A stretch of 63,788 nt of DNA, the filler included, from Hausera hauseri (lineage: Eukaryota): NCBI GenBank assembly GCA_046269625.1. It is 11 parts of 11 records of this genome, joined end to end, with 100 filler letters (N's around TTAATTAATTAA, not from the genome) between each part and the next. Parts side by side here need not be neighbours in the genome. Positions count along the whole stretch, not along the records: positions 44,049 to 49,646 come from JBJURY010223521.1; positions 49,747 to 54,374 come from JBJURY010497241.1; positions 54,475 to 59,324 come from JBJURY010414589.1; 8 more parts are not named here. One strand, 5' to 3'. A program made the position numbers and the translations under genes. Each line of letters opens with the position of its first letter. The first letter of the stretch is position 1. Under the pieces are notes generated by a model. The model worked only from the letters and a program-made list of their open reading frames with translations, was not told where the DNA came from and made no database searches. Below are positions 48,101 to 59,424 of the stretch, one piece after another.

Positions 48101-48442
48101 ATATTCAATGTAGCTAGAATTATGAAAAGTTCCCGTTTTACACTATCAAAAAGTAACTTAACTGACGAATCGGTAATTGAAAAGATCATGATAGAAAACA
48201 CCACTGAAAAATTAAGGAAAGTATTACTATACTCAGCTATCAAAGTAAACTCTAATCCAGAGAATGAAATTAATAGAGCTACAAGCTCAGCACGAAGAGC
48301 GGCGAGAAAGCTACCCTGCGAAGTAAATTGGTCGAGACTATTTGATAAAGAAGAAGACAAACGACCCAGAAATACCAATAGGCTTAAAGATGTGCTACGT
48401 AATTTGGTAACAACTGATAATAATAACCGGAAAAACGAATAA
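45127..48442 (+). pseudogene. ~1100-aa unknown region continuing the gag frame: helical/coiled-coil region, ubiquitin-like domain (~47486-47720), AT-hook (47903-47929)
   Basis: ORFs 44056 and 45427 share one frame. ORFs 46043, 47441, 47864 and 48632 share a second frame, implying one frameshift near 46050. YRFYFRGRILDNLEQLIDIGI resembles the ubiquitin motif [29 protein letters not shown] is an AT-hook. Confidence 0.6.
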
Positions 48443-49646
48443 AATTGGCTAATCAGCTTACTTACCTTGATGATGCTAATAAAGCACATAGGTGCTGTTA
48501 CCATCTACGACTGCAATAAGTTTAAACGACGGCAGAAATATTCCCTAATGGATTTGGAAGTGTGCGAAGATGCCAGGCCGCACAAGTTATAAACGAGAGA
48601 GAAAAACTATTTTCTGTACCAACAACAAGAATTGATAGCATTAGATGGATTGGAATGTATGATGAGACGATCTCGAAGCATTTTTCACTGTGGATTAATA
48701 CATGGATATTCTTCAATAATCAAACCAACAACTCCTCCAATTCCGATGAACTTAGAACGCCAGCACTGCAAACAGGCTAAGGAGATCGGAAGAGTACAGT
48801 GGGACTGTATGGAATTAGAAATGCAACCAGGAAAGATAATTAGCATATAAGATAGTGGTCTGAACGTTAGACATGCATAATGGACATTGTAACGGAGCGG
48901 AATACGACACGGGAAAAGGATTACAAACAAAAGTAGTGGTCGTGGATTTCTATGAATCAGAGATGCGAGCACAAAAAGTAATGTTCCATAGTGTCACTAA
49001 ACTATATATCGAGGATCAAAAATGACATTTACAAGACGGAACCTGTGCTTTCAGAAGTTCTGTTATAATATGGGAACCTCCCTCTGGAAGAAGCTGCAAT
49101 TTTATCAAAATTAAGGAATTAAAGTTTAATGAAACTACCGGAAAGCGATATGTGGGTAAATCTGGCAACAACTCAAGGACACGCGAAGACATATCAGAAC
49201 ATCCTACACCACTATATTAATATCTGATCAGCATGGACTAAAATTTATTATGAAAGAAATGATTTCTCGATGTTAAGTAGTGATGTTCGCTACTAACTAT
49301 GGAGAGTTTTTTGTCGCAGAAACAAAAATAAATGCAAGGACTTACAAACTAGAAACGCAGGTTATCCGAATTGAGGATTGTCTGAAAAACAGAGACGATT
49401 ATTTCTGTTACAAGGGACAAGTCGGAATAACCGAGTTATATCACAAAATGATAACACATGATTGTAAATTAGATATGGAGATCATAAGAACAAAACTGGC
49501 TCTTATTTACGCTAATCCCGAGTTAGCATTCACAATAATTCCTATGAGAGAAGGAATTTTTGGTCGAGTTATCTGTGAAGTACTATTAATTTACCAATGT
49601 GAGAAAAGAGATGTATCCATCAACGTTGAAGAAAAACGCTGCATGC
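48443..49646 (+). pseudogene. Class III fusion glycoprotein (chuvirus-G / gB-like env) relic, in frame with the upstream polyprotein and cut by the contig end
   Basis: NWLISLLTLMMLIKHIGA signal-like stretch then VTIYDCN..YSLMDLEVC. Further motifs: LECMMRRSRSIFHCG, HCKQAKEIG, NGHC, and HDCKL..NPEL..EGIFGRVICEVLLIYQCEKRDV..C. Aligns with 28228-29760. Confidence 0.8.
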
Positions 49647-49930
49647 NNNNNNNNNNNNNNNNNNNNNNNNNNNNNNNNNNNNNNNNNNNNTTAATTAATT
49701 AANNNNNNNNNNNNNNNNNNNNNNNNNNNNNNNNNNNNNNNNNNNNTTAAACATAAGTATTGCTAGTGGGTTGTTGAAATTTTCATGGCGAGTTTTTCGA
49801 GCCAAAAATCACGAGAATCGGTTTAACTGTTCTCAAGATATAAGCTTGACAGACTCCCATGCTTTTTTATTTTTAAAATTGTTTACCTTCAGCAAATTTA
49901 AACAGTTTTATTTTACAAACACATAACATG

Positions 49931-49973
49931 CTCTAGAACGTTCTGGAATCTTCCAGAGTGTTCTAGAACATTA
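49931..49973. promoter_or_regulatory. Heat-shock-element-like array of alternating nGAAn/nTTCn pentamers
   Basis: cTCtaGAAcgTTCtgGAAtcTTCcaGAGtgTTCtaGAAcaTTA: exact 5-bp phase with six perfect and three imperfect units. Confidence 0.6.
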
Positions 49974-52900
49974 TGCAATACATACATTGTTGTATTTATG
50001 ACGCGTTATTTTGATAGTAGCCTTGCTCAAGCAATAGAGTTAATAAGAGTAGAAGTTTTCGGAACTACTCTTTGGAATGATAAAATGAATAAGATAAATA
50101 AAATGGGTTGCAGTATAGGTTGCCTGGAATTTGTGCCATTGAGCCCCCTGTTCTGGTTATGCGCCTTGATCAAGGTTTGTTACTTTGTCCAGGACTTTTG
50201 GCTCTCGTATATAGGCATAGTTAAAATCTTGACAAATATTCGACTCCCATTAAATCGGGTAACCAAAAGTCGACATGCGCTTCTATACGATAATGACGGA
50301 TTCAGTATGCTACGAAACCCTGCGGCTGGAATCGAATTGAAGATATCGGACCTTAAGGTATTTTAGGGCTCGTTCCCTGCACCTGGTTCTATGGCGCTGC
50401 TTTCATCCGTTTAGAATATACGCACCTTAAGTTTTTAAGACGCCAAAAACTATATATTCTACCTATTACCTTTATCTTTCACCCTGAATACGCCCCGCAA
50501 CTACACACCTTCTTCACATCCTATAGTGTTAGTCTTGCATTTAAAGTCAATCAATCAGACCAGAATAGAAACGATGCAGCAATGTACAAAAATTGTACGT
50601 TTACTAATTGTATATTTGCTAATTATTCATGTAATTGGTAATGTGCAAAACCGCTCCTCTTTAGGAAAAACTGGCCCTCTTCAGGGCCACAATTTGTGAT
50701 TGCTTTCGTTTTCTTTTTGACTTAGTTTTGTTAGTGCTTCATCGGCTTAATAATATTTGACTAATTGTTTTGTCGAAATATTGCATTACATCATATTTTG
50801 CGTCCTAATTTCTATTGGTTGTTATGTAGTATATAAGAAAAAGTAAATATTTATTATTCCGTTCCAATGTCAAACATGCTGTGCTGAATATGCCGTGATA
50901 ATTGTAGCACATTCAATATCCATATGGTAGGACGTATCGATTATCACTGCCTCAATTGTTTTGTTAAATGGATGCAAATAAAGCAGTGCTGTTTAGCGGA
51001 CACTACACAAAAATTTTCCAAATCTTTCTGCCTACTCCGTAAATCCTTTTCAGAAATTGTAAAATCATCATGCGCCACACCACTGCAAAACATGACTAAG
51101 GACCCTAACAATTCTACAAAAAGCTCTTAGAAAATCCGATGAACATTTCCAGTTGAACGTAAGACTACAGCAACGCCACAGCCGATACCTGTACCGATCA
51201 CCATACGTAACGCCCACTTTACTTGACCACTGGATAATGCACTCGTTGCAACTCATAATGCACTCTCCACTTATACCTACTGCTAAAGCCCTTGGACACT
51301 TCTTCCACAAGGGCAATAGCACGTATGTACATAAATCTCTATTTTTTAAAAATACCAGACTGAAGCTGAGAGCTACTACTTCCTAAATAGGTTCTTAGGT
51401 AAGTATAACAATGTCCCACAAAGTACAAAATCATATATTTTCCAGATAGTCGGAGTGTCCTCACTTTTCTAACCCTACTATCTGATGCCACCATCCCTTC
51501 CGAAACGTCTCTGACTAAACTTCTCAAGTTCTTCAAAGTTGAAAAATTTGCCGATAATATGTCAAATACCCCCTACCATCTAAACCTAAGAAGGAAGACC
51601 TGCAGGTTGGCACCCCGACAGTAGCGATCATGACAGTCGTGTTATCAATAATTATTCAAGGTAATCACTTGGATTTTATTAATATATGCAGATCATGGGC
51701 GTTTTTCTCGTTTAAATTCCTTAAGTACAAAGCCCATGAATGTAATAGTAATAGTAATTTAGTTTTAAAATACATCGATTTTGCTTCCGATCGGCAAAGC
51801 ATTTTATTTAATTCATTTATTCATTTCAAATTGAAACAGAAAGGAATTTTTGACAAGTTTATCTCATAGGATGAATTTTTCAGAAGTTTCAAACTGTTGC
51901 TAAACTTCAACTGTATATGTGTAAAAATTCACCATTTCCAGAGCTTTCGGCCAGTGTTTGGTTTTTTCAGATTCCAAACACCTCAAATGTTACCGCAATT
52001 TGAATAAATTATGGTATTGTCTACCGGACGGAAATCGGGATTTCTGCTTTTTAATCTTTGTTGGGTACAGGGGTTTTATTTCAACCTTTAACGCGTATTC
52101 ACATATGTAGTTTATCCACAATGCAGTTTATTTATTCGTTTATTTTCGGAATAAATTTCAATTTACTATATCTTTCGTTTACAATTGTCAAAATCTACGT
52201 TTTCTCGTCATCCAGTGATTCCATCGCTTCATACATTGTCATTCAACAATTTTATTAAATCGACTAAACTTAAAATTTCATGTTATTGATTAATTACTTT
52301 CTCTATAGCTACGATCTGACCGAATTTTTCCTTTTCATCTAATGGTTTTTTTATCGACAGTTTTCTTTTATCTAATGATATCCCCTTCATCAATACAATA
52401 ATTACTTTTGTTATACTATAGGAATCCAAATGTCCAAAATGTAGAAATTCTAGTATAATTTATTCGATTCATCACTATTCACTGACATCATCTAGTTAAT
52501 TTTACTCTACTAGTTTACTATTCTCCTTATACCCTCTTACACGGCTTTTATTCACATATACCCATGATATTTTACTTATTAATTATTCCACAATGTATTT
52601 AGTACCAAAAATTTATATGACGCTACATACTTTTCCTTTAAGATACCAATAATTTTAATATATAATAAAACACTCTGCCACTAGTATCATATTCTCTTAT
52701 ATCGCACACCTTTAGTAGTTTATATACTTCTCGATTCATTATGGATGAATTCCATCTACAATTTAATATTGGATGCATAATTTCCTGAGCAGTCTCTAAA
52801 ATACTATTCATAGTCATCAGATACATTATCTTCGAGCTTGTCTTGCAAGCATAACAAATCACAATGAATCAATATATATTCTACCATGTTCCCAATTCAA

Positions 52901-54476
52901 TTTAGGCGATGAATACCATCGAATACTGTGTCATTTCGAATGTATCAATCATCCATCCTTCTTCGGATATTCGTCCTATTCATTTTCGGTGACCATATAA
53001 TTACATATTTGCCAACTACGGTTCACGCAGCCACCGATTTCTCTGGTTTCTTTCTTCCACCATAAACAGTTCCACCATAAACAGTTCTTTTTACCAGTCT
53101 TTCAGAACACTCTTTGTCGAATCATCAATATAATCCTTAAATTCTTTTAGCATATAAAATTCTTACTGACCCCTTTGAATAATTAAATTTCATAAATTTA
53201 TTATAAAACAACAAATTACAATAAAATACTGGCAAAAATCAATAACATATATATACTTATTTAAATCTTTACCATTGATGTCTTCATGATTTGCAGAACT
53301 GTTATCTTTGTTTATTTCTTAGTTGTTGTTTAGGTTACTGTGAATAATGTATCATTGTATATATATAAATGAAAAATGTACCAGTATAATCTGGCTTTAA
53401 TTTCTAAAGACCACTTGAGAATTAACCAAATTTTTATATCAGTAAGTCGTGTTTTGAACGTCGTATAGCCAGTTTATATACTAGCTCGTGTGACAAGTAA
53501 TGGAATTTCTAAAAATCTCCGAGCTGTTTTGTGTATTCTCCAAATGGATTTTTATTATTTTAAAATTCTGCAACTGCCTGTAACCTGTGTATTTTCTAAA
53601 TGGATTTGTTATTTTTAGATTCCACCGTTGTTTGTTCTATTGGACTCATCATTCTTAGTCACTAAGTGCAATATTTCCAATGGACTAAATTAAACATTTA
53701 CTTTTCAATGGATTCTCAGTGTATTGTGCACTTTGTATAATGCATGTGTACTTATTGATTCACCAAATGCATATGCGTTGCGTTTGTTCATCTACCAAAT
53801 GTAGTACTCCAATTCCTTTCCATTATTCGTCAATCGTCATATTGTTATTAGTGGGAATACTTTTATTGATTTTTAAATTGCCTATTTGTAACGTGTTATT
53901 AAATTTCACAAGTTTGTTCTCGATTCTTATAATTGATTATTATGATATTATGTTAACATGTGTGACAATTATTAAATTGAATTCTTGCCCGTTTTTGCAT
54001 CACATTTTCATTATCGATTTTCAAAACACTACAGAACGACATGTGTTGTCTTATTTCAATTTTTTTAACAGGTTATCAAATCACCTTTACTGTACAGATT
54101 GGCATGTGTTGAATTGCAAATTATTTGTATTATTGTTTGCTTATTGACAAATTATAATTTCTGTTAATGACAAATTACAATTTCTGTCAAAACTCTGTAT
54201 TACCGTATTATAATTTCACTTAATATTCTGTATTGCCATGTTCAATATTCATAGCAGCTTTAGTTAATTTATTATCTGGTTAACAATCGTTGTACAAAGA
54301 ACAGCCATTTTAAAGGACACCCATCAAAAGGGGTTCAACAAAAGAAATAAAGGAAAATAAAAAAATGATTTATTNNNNNNNNNNNNNNNNNNNNNNNNNN
54401 NNNNNNNNNNNNNNNNNNTTAATTAATTAANNNNNNNNNNNNNNNNNNNNNNNNNNNNNNNNNNNNNNNNNNNNAC

Positions 54477-54975
54477 CTAATCATCAATATTGGAATTATA
54501 GGAAATCCGATATTATTGATTTTTGCACACTTGCACATGTATTTTGCACTGCACAGTATATATCAAGGTTCATCTTGATGTGCTCTATCTACCTGCACTT
54601 GACCCCAATCGATTCCATCAATCCTACGCTGAACGGTGAAAAATATGTAAAAAGTGAAAAAGTGCCTTAGCAACCGTATCGAAGAGCACACTTGATTCGA
54701 GTATTTTCGTGATCTGTAGCACATCAAGTACTCTACCCGCCAGTATTTGTGTAATATTGATATTATTGATTTTTATTTTATAGCGAAAAAGCCTATTGGA
54801 AGTCTGTCCCAATTGGTAATTATTCGAAAACCACTCAATATGCTTAAATTCTAATTGCACATTCACACAGTGCATCATATGTGCTTTCGATTTCACTCGG
54901 TGCCGGGTGCTAATCATCAATATTGGAATTATTGGAAATCCGATATAATTGATTTTTCCACACTTGCACGTGTGA
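54477..54975. repeat. Imperfect direct repeat (~65-nt core at 54477 and 54909, ~432-nt spacing) within a non-coding repeat rich in GTGCAC/ATCGAT-like words
   Basis: ctaatcatcaatattggaattat.ggaaatccgatat.attgattttt.cacacttgcac.tgt occurs twice. Confidence 0.75.
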
Positions 54976-55245
54976 AACACACATGAGCAGTATACTAAAC
55001 AATGGGCACTTATGTGCACTATCGAGTTGCACTTTGTCCCGATCGATTCGATTAACTGTGCAATGTGCAGCTATCGATTTGTGAAATTTACAAAAATGTG
55101 CATAGCAAAGGTGCTTAGGGGCACCGTTGCTAGCACATTACCGATCGATAGTGCTCAGTGTGTACTATCTATTGGCACATGTGCAGAATTAATTTATCAA
55201 TTCGTACACCCCCCGTGGGTGGGACAGAATACCATTTTTCCACCA

Positions 55246-57290
55246 CTATCCTTTTTCATGTTTGTTCATTGCGTGTGATCCGTACGCAATCACTCTCTCG
55301 CGCCCCAGTCTATTCTTCTGTGATAATATCGATCTAATTGTGTCGAAGCATGCGTCCGTATCGCGGATAATTTCTCTGTTGAAGTCAGTGAAACCTAGTA
55401 TTGGTGGTGTGGCTAAGGCTCTTTTCATTAACTCAAAAGCCTTGTTACATTGCTCGTTCCGTATTAGTTTCTTGTCATTTAATCCACATAGTTGCTCAAA
55501 TGTCTTGGATTTTGCTGCGTAACCTTGGATAAATCTTCTGTAGTATTTGCAGATTCCTAAGAAGCTTCTCAAATTCTTGAAACATTTTGTTTTCTCAAAG
55601 GACTTAATTGCTTCCAGTTTTGATGGATTTTCTGTATTCCCTTGTCATTCACTATGTGTCCTAAAATTTTATTTCTTTGTTGAGGATGTGACATTTCTCT
55701 GGGTTTATTCTGAGACCTGCTTGCGTGATCCACTGCAATACCTTTTCTAGTATCCTATAATGCTCTTCTAGAGTCTTAGAGAAGATTAGTATATCATCTA
55801 GGTATACCACTGTTTGTTCAATATCCCCTAGTACTTTATTCATTAGTTCTTGGAAGGTGCCCGGAGCTGCTTCTATGCCGAATGGCATCCTGTTAAAACA
55901 GAACTGTCCTAATTTGGTTGAAAACGCCGTCTTCAATTTGGAGTATTCCTCTAACTCGACTTGTAATATGCATTCCCTAGGTCGATTGACGTGAAAAATT
56001 TGGTCCCGTGTAACCTGTCCAATATCTCTACCACGTTAGGCATGGGGAAGGCTTGTCATTCTGTTATAAGATTCAGCCGTCTAAAGTCCAGACATATTCT
56101 GACGTCGTTCTTGTCTCTCTTCTATACGCATATCATTGGTGTATTCCATGCTGAGTTACATGGCTTGATAATGTCGTTTTCCCATAGGTTTCAGATGGTC
56201 TCGTCAATCTTTTTTTCTAGGTTTACTGGTTGCCTGTGAAGTTTGATATACTTCTGGGTATTTCTGTATAAAGTTGAGTAGCTGTAGTCATTCACCTCAA
56301 GAGCTTCCTTGGCCCTGCTGACTCGTTCTTGGTTACTCACCTTAGGGCCGAACTTGGCTTTCAGATTGCATATATCTTGCTGTAATGTTTCCGTTTTCAT
56401 GCGTTTCCATCCAAGTTCTATTCCGAATGCCTTTTTTAGGTCCACACCACTTATTATTTCTGGGCGTAATTCCGACTCTACCAAAAATGTCAGGCGTTTC
56501 CTTAGACCCTTGATTTCTACGTTTGTTGTCAGTGTGCCCAGGCAATCTAAGGGGCTATTGTTCGCACATTGTAGTGTGGTATTTGATTGCTTTGTGTGTG
56601 TTTGCAATTTTATCCACGATCTTTTTGCTTATGACGTTTACCCTGGCCCCTGTGTCTAATAAGCAATCTTCCCATCTGTCTTGTATCTTTAATTTGATTC
56701 CTGGTCGTCCATTAAACTTCCTGTATGATATATATTCGACATGCAATTCGTCTAGCGTGAAGATCTGTGTATCGTTCCCACTCTTCTCCATTCCGTTGGA
56801 GGATACTTCCTGGAAATTTTCCGTTTTTATAAATTTCCGTACTTTTTCCTGTGTCCTTTTATCCATCACTATATCTCCGTGTCCCCTTGTTGATCCATCT
56901 ATACTGTTTGATATAATACTACTATTATACATAACAATATTTTGTAGACTGAATCTATTGTAGTGCCCCGATTTCCTCCACTTCTATCGGGGCTCTGCCT
57001 TTTGGGGCATTTGACTCCTGTTCCGATTTGGTTTCTTCTTCCTCTACGTTTGCGATTTCCCCGTCTTCTTTTCAGATTATCCCCGTACCTTCTTTTCACT
57101 TTGTATGTATCCTACCTGGTTGTCTTTTCTGCACCTGCCTATCCTCTATGGTGGCATCTCACACAGCTAAGGTTGGTACAATTTCGTCTGATGTGTCCTA
57201 GCTGACCACATCCGTAAAATCTTATTGGTTTCCTTTCGGGACACTGCCTGCCTATGTGTCCTTGTTTTCAGCATCCAAAGCATTTTATTA
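55246..57290 (-). mobile_element. Gypsy family B-related copy: gag end, protease, RT, start of RNase H
   Basis: RWEDCLLDTGARVNV, KTAFST...RMPFG..APGTFQ..VYLDD, RSFLG...YYRRFI, and DTDAC...ERVIAYGS. Confidence 0.93.
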
Positions 57291-57932
57291 GTCTCTGTTT
57301 GGTAGAACTGACTTAAAGTGAATCCAAAATAACGATAAGTAATGTGACAAAACAATAAATCCAACAAGTAGCTTCGGATAAGCTTCATTTTTAAGTTTCA
57401 AGATTCAAAAAAATTGTCAATTCAATTAATCAATTTTTTACATCATATTTACAAAGAAAAATCACAATATCGCAACATGATGTCACAAATGTCATTCTCC
57501 TGTCAATATCAGCTGGGTACACTTCGCGAAGTTGTCACGAGTCAGAAGGTTTACCATGATTTCTTCGTAAGGTCAAGAGAATTTGTTAACAACCTTTTGC
57601 TGACAATTTTGTAGACTGCTGTTATAATTGTGCTAAAGATTGAATTAGTTTCTTTATAGTAATGTATGTACACAATTTTTTTAAATATTTTATGAGTAGC
57701 ACTTCATGGCCAATGCACTTTAATCAGCAGAGAGGTGATATGTAGTGTATTGACAATTGAGATGAACTGCGTATTTACTTTGAACAGTTCTTAAAATCGG
57801 GCACACAGCTATCGTTATATACAATATGAAATGATCATTTGTATGTGATTCATCTGCCCGTTTTGCACAGAGTTGGGTGTTGACAGGACACGAGGTGCGC
57901 CCGCAACCACGGCACCACAGCCCATAATCATA

Positions 57933-59008
57933 ATGTCCTCAAAGTTAGGAGGAGTAAAATTCATACATCAAGAAGCTACATTTAAATGTGGAAAAGCAAT
58001 CCATTCCACTAACTATCCTTCCTACTATGTTGCAGATTCTGAGATACCTGATGTTGACAACTTACCAGTCGATATTAAAAGTTTTCTGAATTTAAGAGAT
58101 CATTTCCATATCCGAGATGACTATGGACGTTTTCAAATTGATTAAGAATTTGATTCAAGTAGAATGGTCACCCAATGATAACATTACCGACCCCGGAGAT
58201 ATGTTTTATAGTCGGGATAAGTATCTAGAAAATTTTGGATGGATATATCCGTCTCAAATGCAGGAAAACGAAAGGAAATGAAACGACTCCATCGAAGAAA
58301 TGGAAGAATTAAACACACCGTATATTGCAGAAGTCAAAGATTCAACTCATGAATCAGATACCGATATTTTCGAAGACATCATAGATAATCAAGATGTATT
58401 GCAGATTTTGGCCTCAGATGATGAAGAAATGAATCAACATGACCAATGGTATGGTAGCCTACCAAAACCAGATAATCAACAACAAACTGAAATTTCAGTC
58501 ACGGATCAGCTGGCCCTAAGGATAACGAATTCCTTACTTGGAAGCGAAAAAATTACTTTTAATTTCAGAATAATTATAAAAACGGGATACCTAAACTTAC
58601 CGATTCCTATTCATGATGTAGAACGACCTTATTATATATCAAAACCTATAGACTCAACTGAAGTTAGCAAGTGGACCTCAGAGATCAACGAATTAATCGG
58701 ATTAATTTTCCAGACTGTAGAAAACATATTTTATCATTCCCTATCGGGTCACAACTGCTATCTTAAGACTGCCGATAAATTTCAGGATAAGATTCAACTC
58801 AAAACTGCAGATAAAGATATTGAAAAATGAAACCACGGACGATATTAAAAGTTTTTACCATGGTGCTAAGTTGAAAAGCGTGCTAATGATAAAGAGAAAT
58901 CAACCGACGTTGATACCCGTGGAACGCGTTCCACCAGGTAAGAAACCAGACCGAGATGATTTTTTAGCCACCAGAATATCCGATGAAATCGTGGACTTAG
59001 ATGGTTGA
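57933..59008 (+). pseudogene. Unknown ORF (~350 aa when rejoined), homologous to the C-terminal part of the retroelement accessory ORF at 8302-9360
   Basis: EWSPNDNITDPGDMFYSRDKYLENFGWIYPSQ aligns with EWTPTDSQGNILDYGDLMNRKPEYIGTMKWQFDVQ. A second shared block is KIxxN..I..P..I...WxSxxNE. Both ORFs end VDLD[GA]*. Confidence 0.6.
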
Positions 59009-59424
59009 TTCTGCCCAATCCAGAACAGATTTATTTTGATTCGTGGGACTCAGTCGCCGATCCCAGTTGTCAGTTGATTTTTGACATTGATTCAGACTTG
59101 CTTTGACATTGATTAAACGGCATCTTGCGTGTGTTGTATCCTTCATTTTATGCTGTATATTCTTTCTTGACAATTGACAATTAGATGTTCACTGTGTAAA
59201 TGTATTTTCTTATATCTATGTCGTATTTTTGCTTTATTTTCACCAGTCACCTTGTATTTGTAAATATAATATCTATCATCTTATTACTTAACCCTTTTGT
59301 TTACTTGCACCACTTTTAAGGGTANNNNNNNNNNNNNNNNNNNNNNNNNNNNNNNNNNNNNNNNNNNNTTAATTAATTAANNNNNNNNNNNNNNNNNNNN
59401 NNNNNNNNNNNNNNNNNNNNNNNN

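Noticed and set aside
51350-51475. Cyclin-box-like (YFLNRFLGKY...FQIVGVSSLF) or RNase H-like (YFPDSRSVL) peptides
   Set aside because: Too short, stop-bounded and in competing frames; indistinguishable from chance by eye.
50000-54374. Genes or RNA genes in this AT-rich contig
   Set aside because: No recognisable protein, tRNA or rRNA motifs; no tRNA, rRNA or CRISPR array was identified anywhere in the window.
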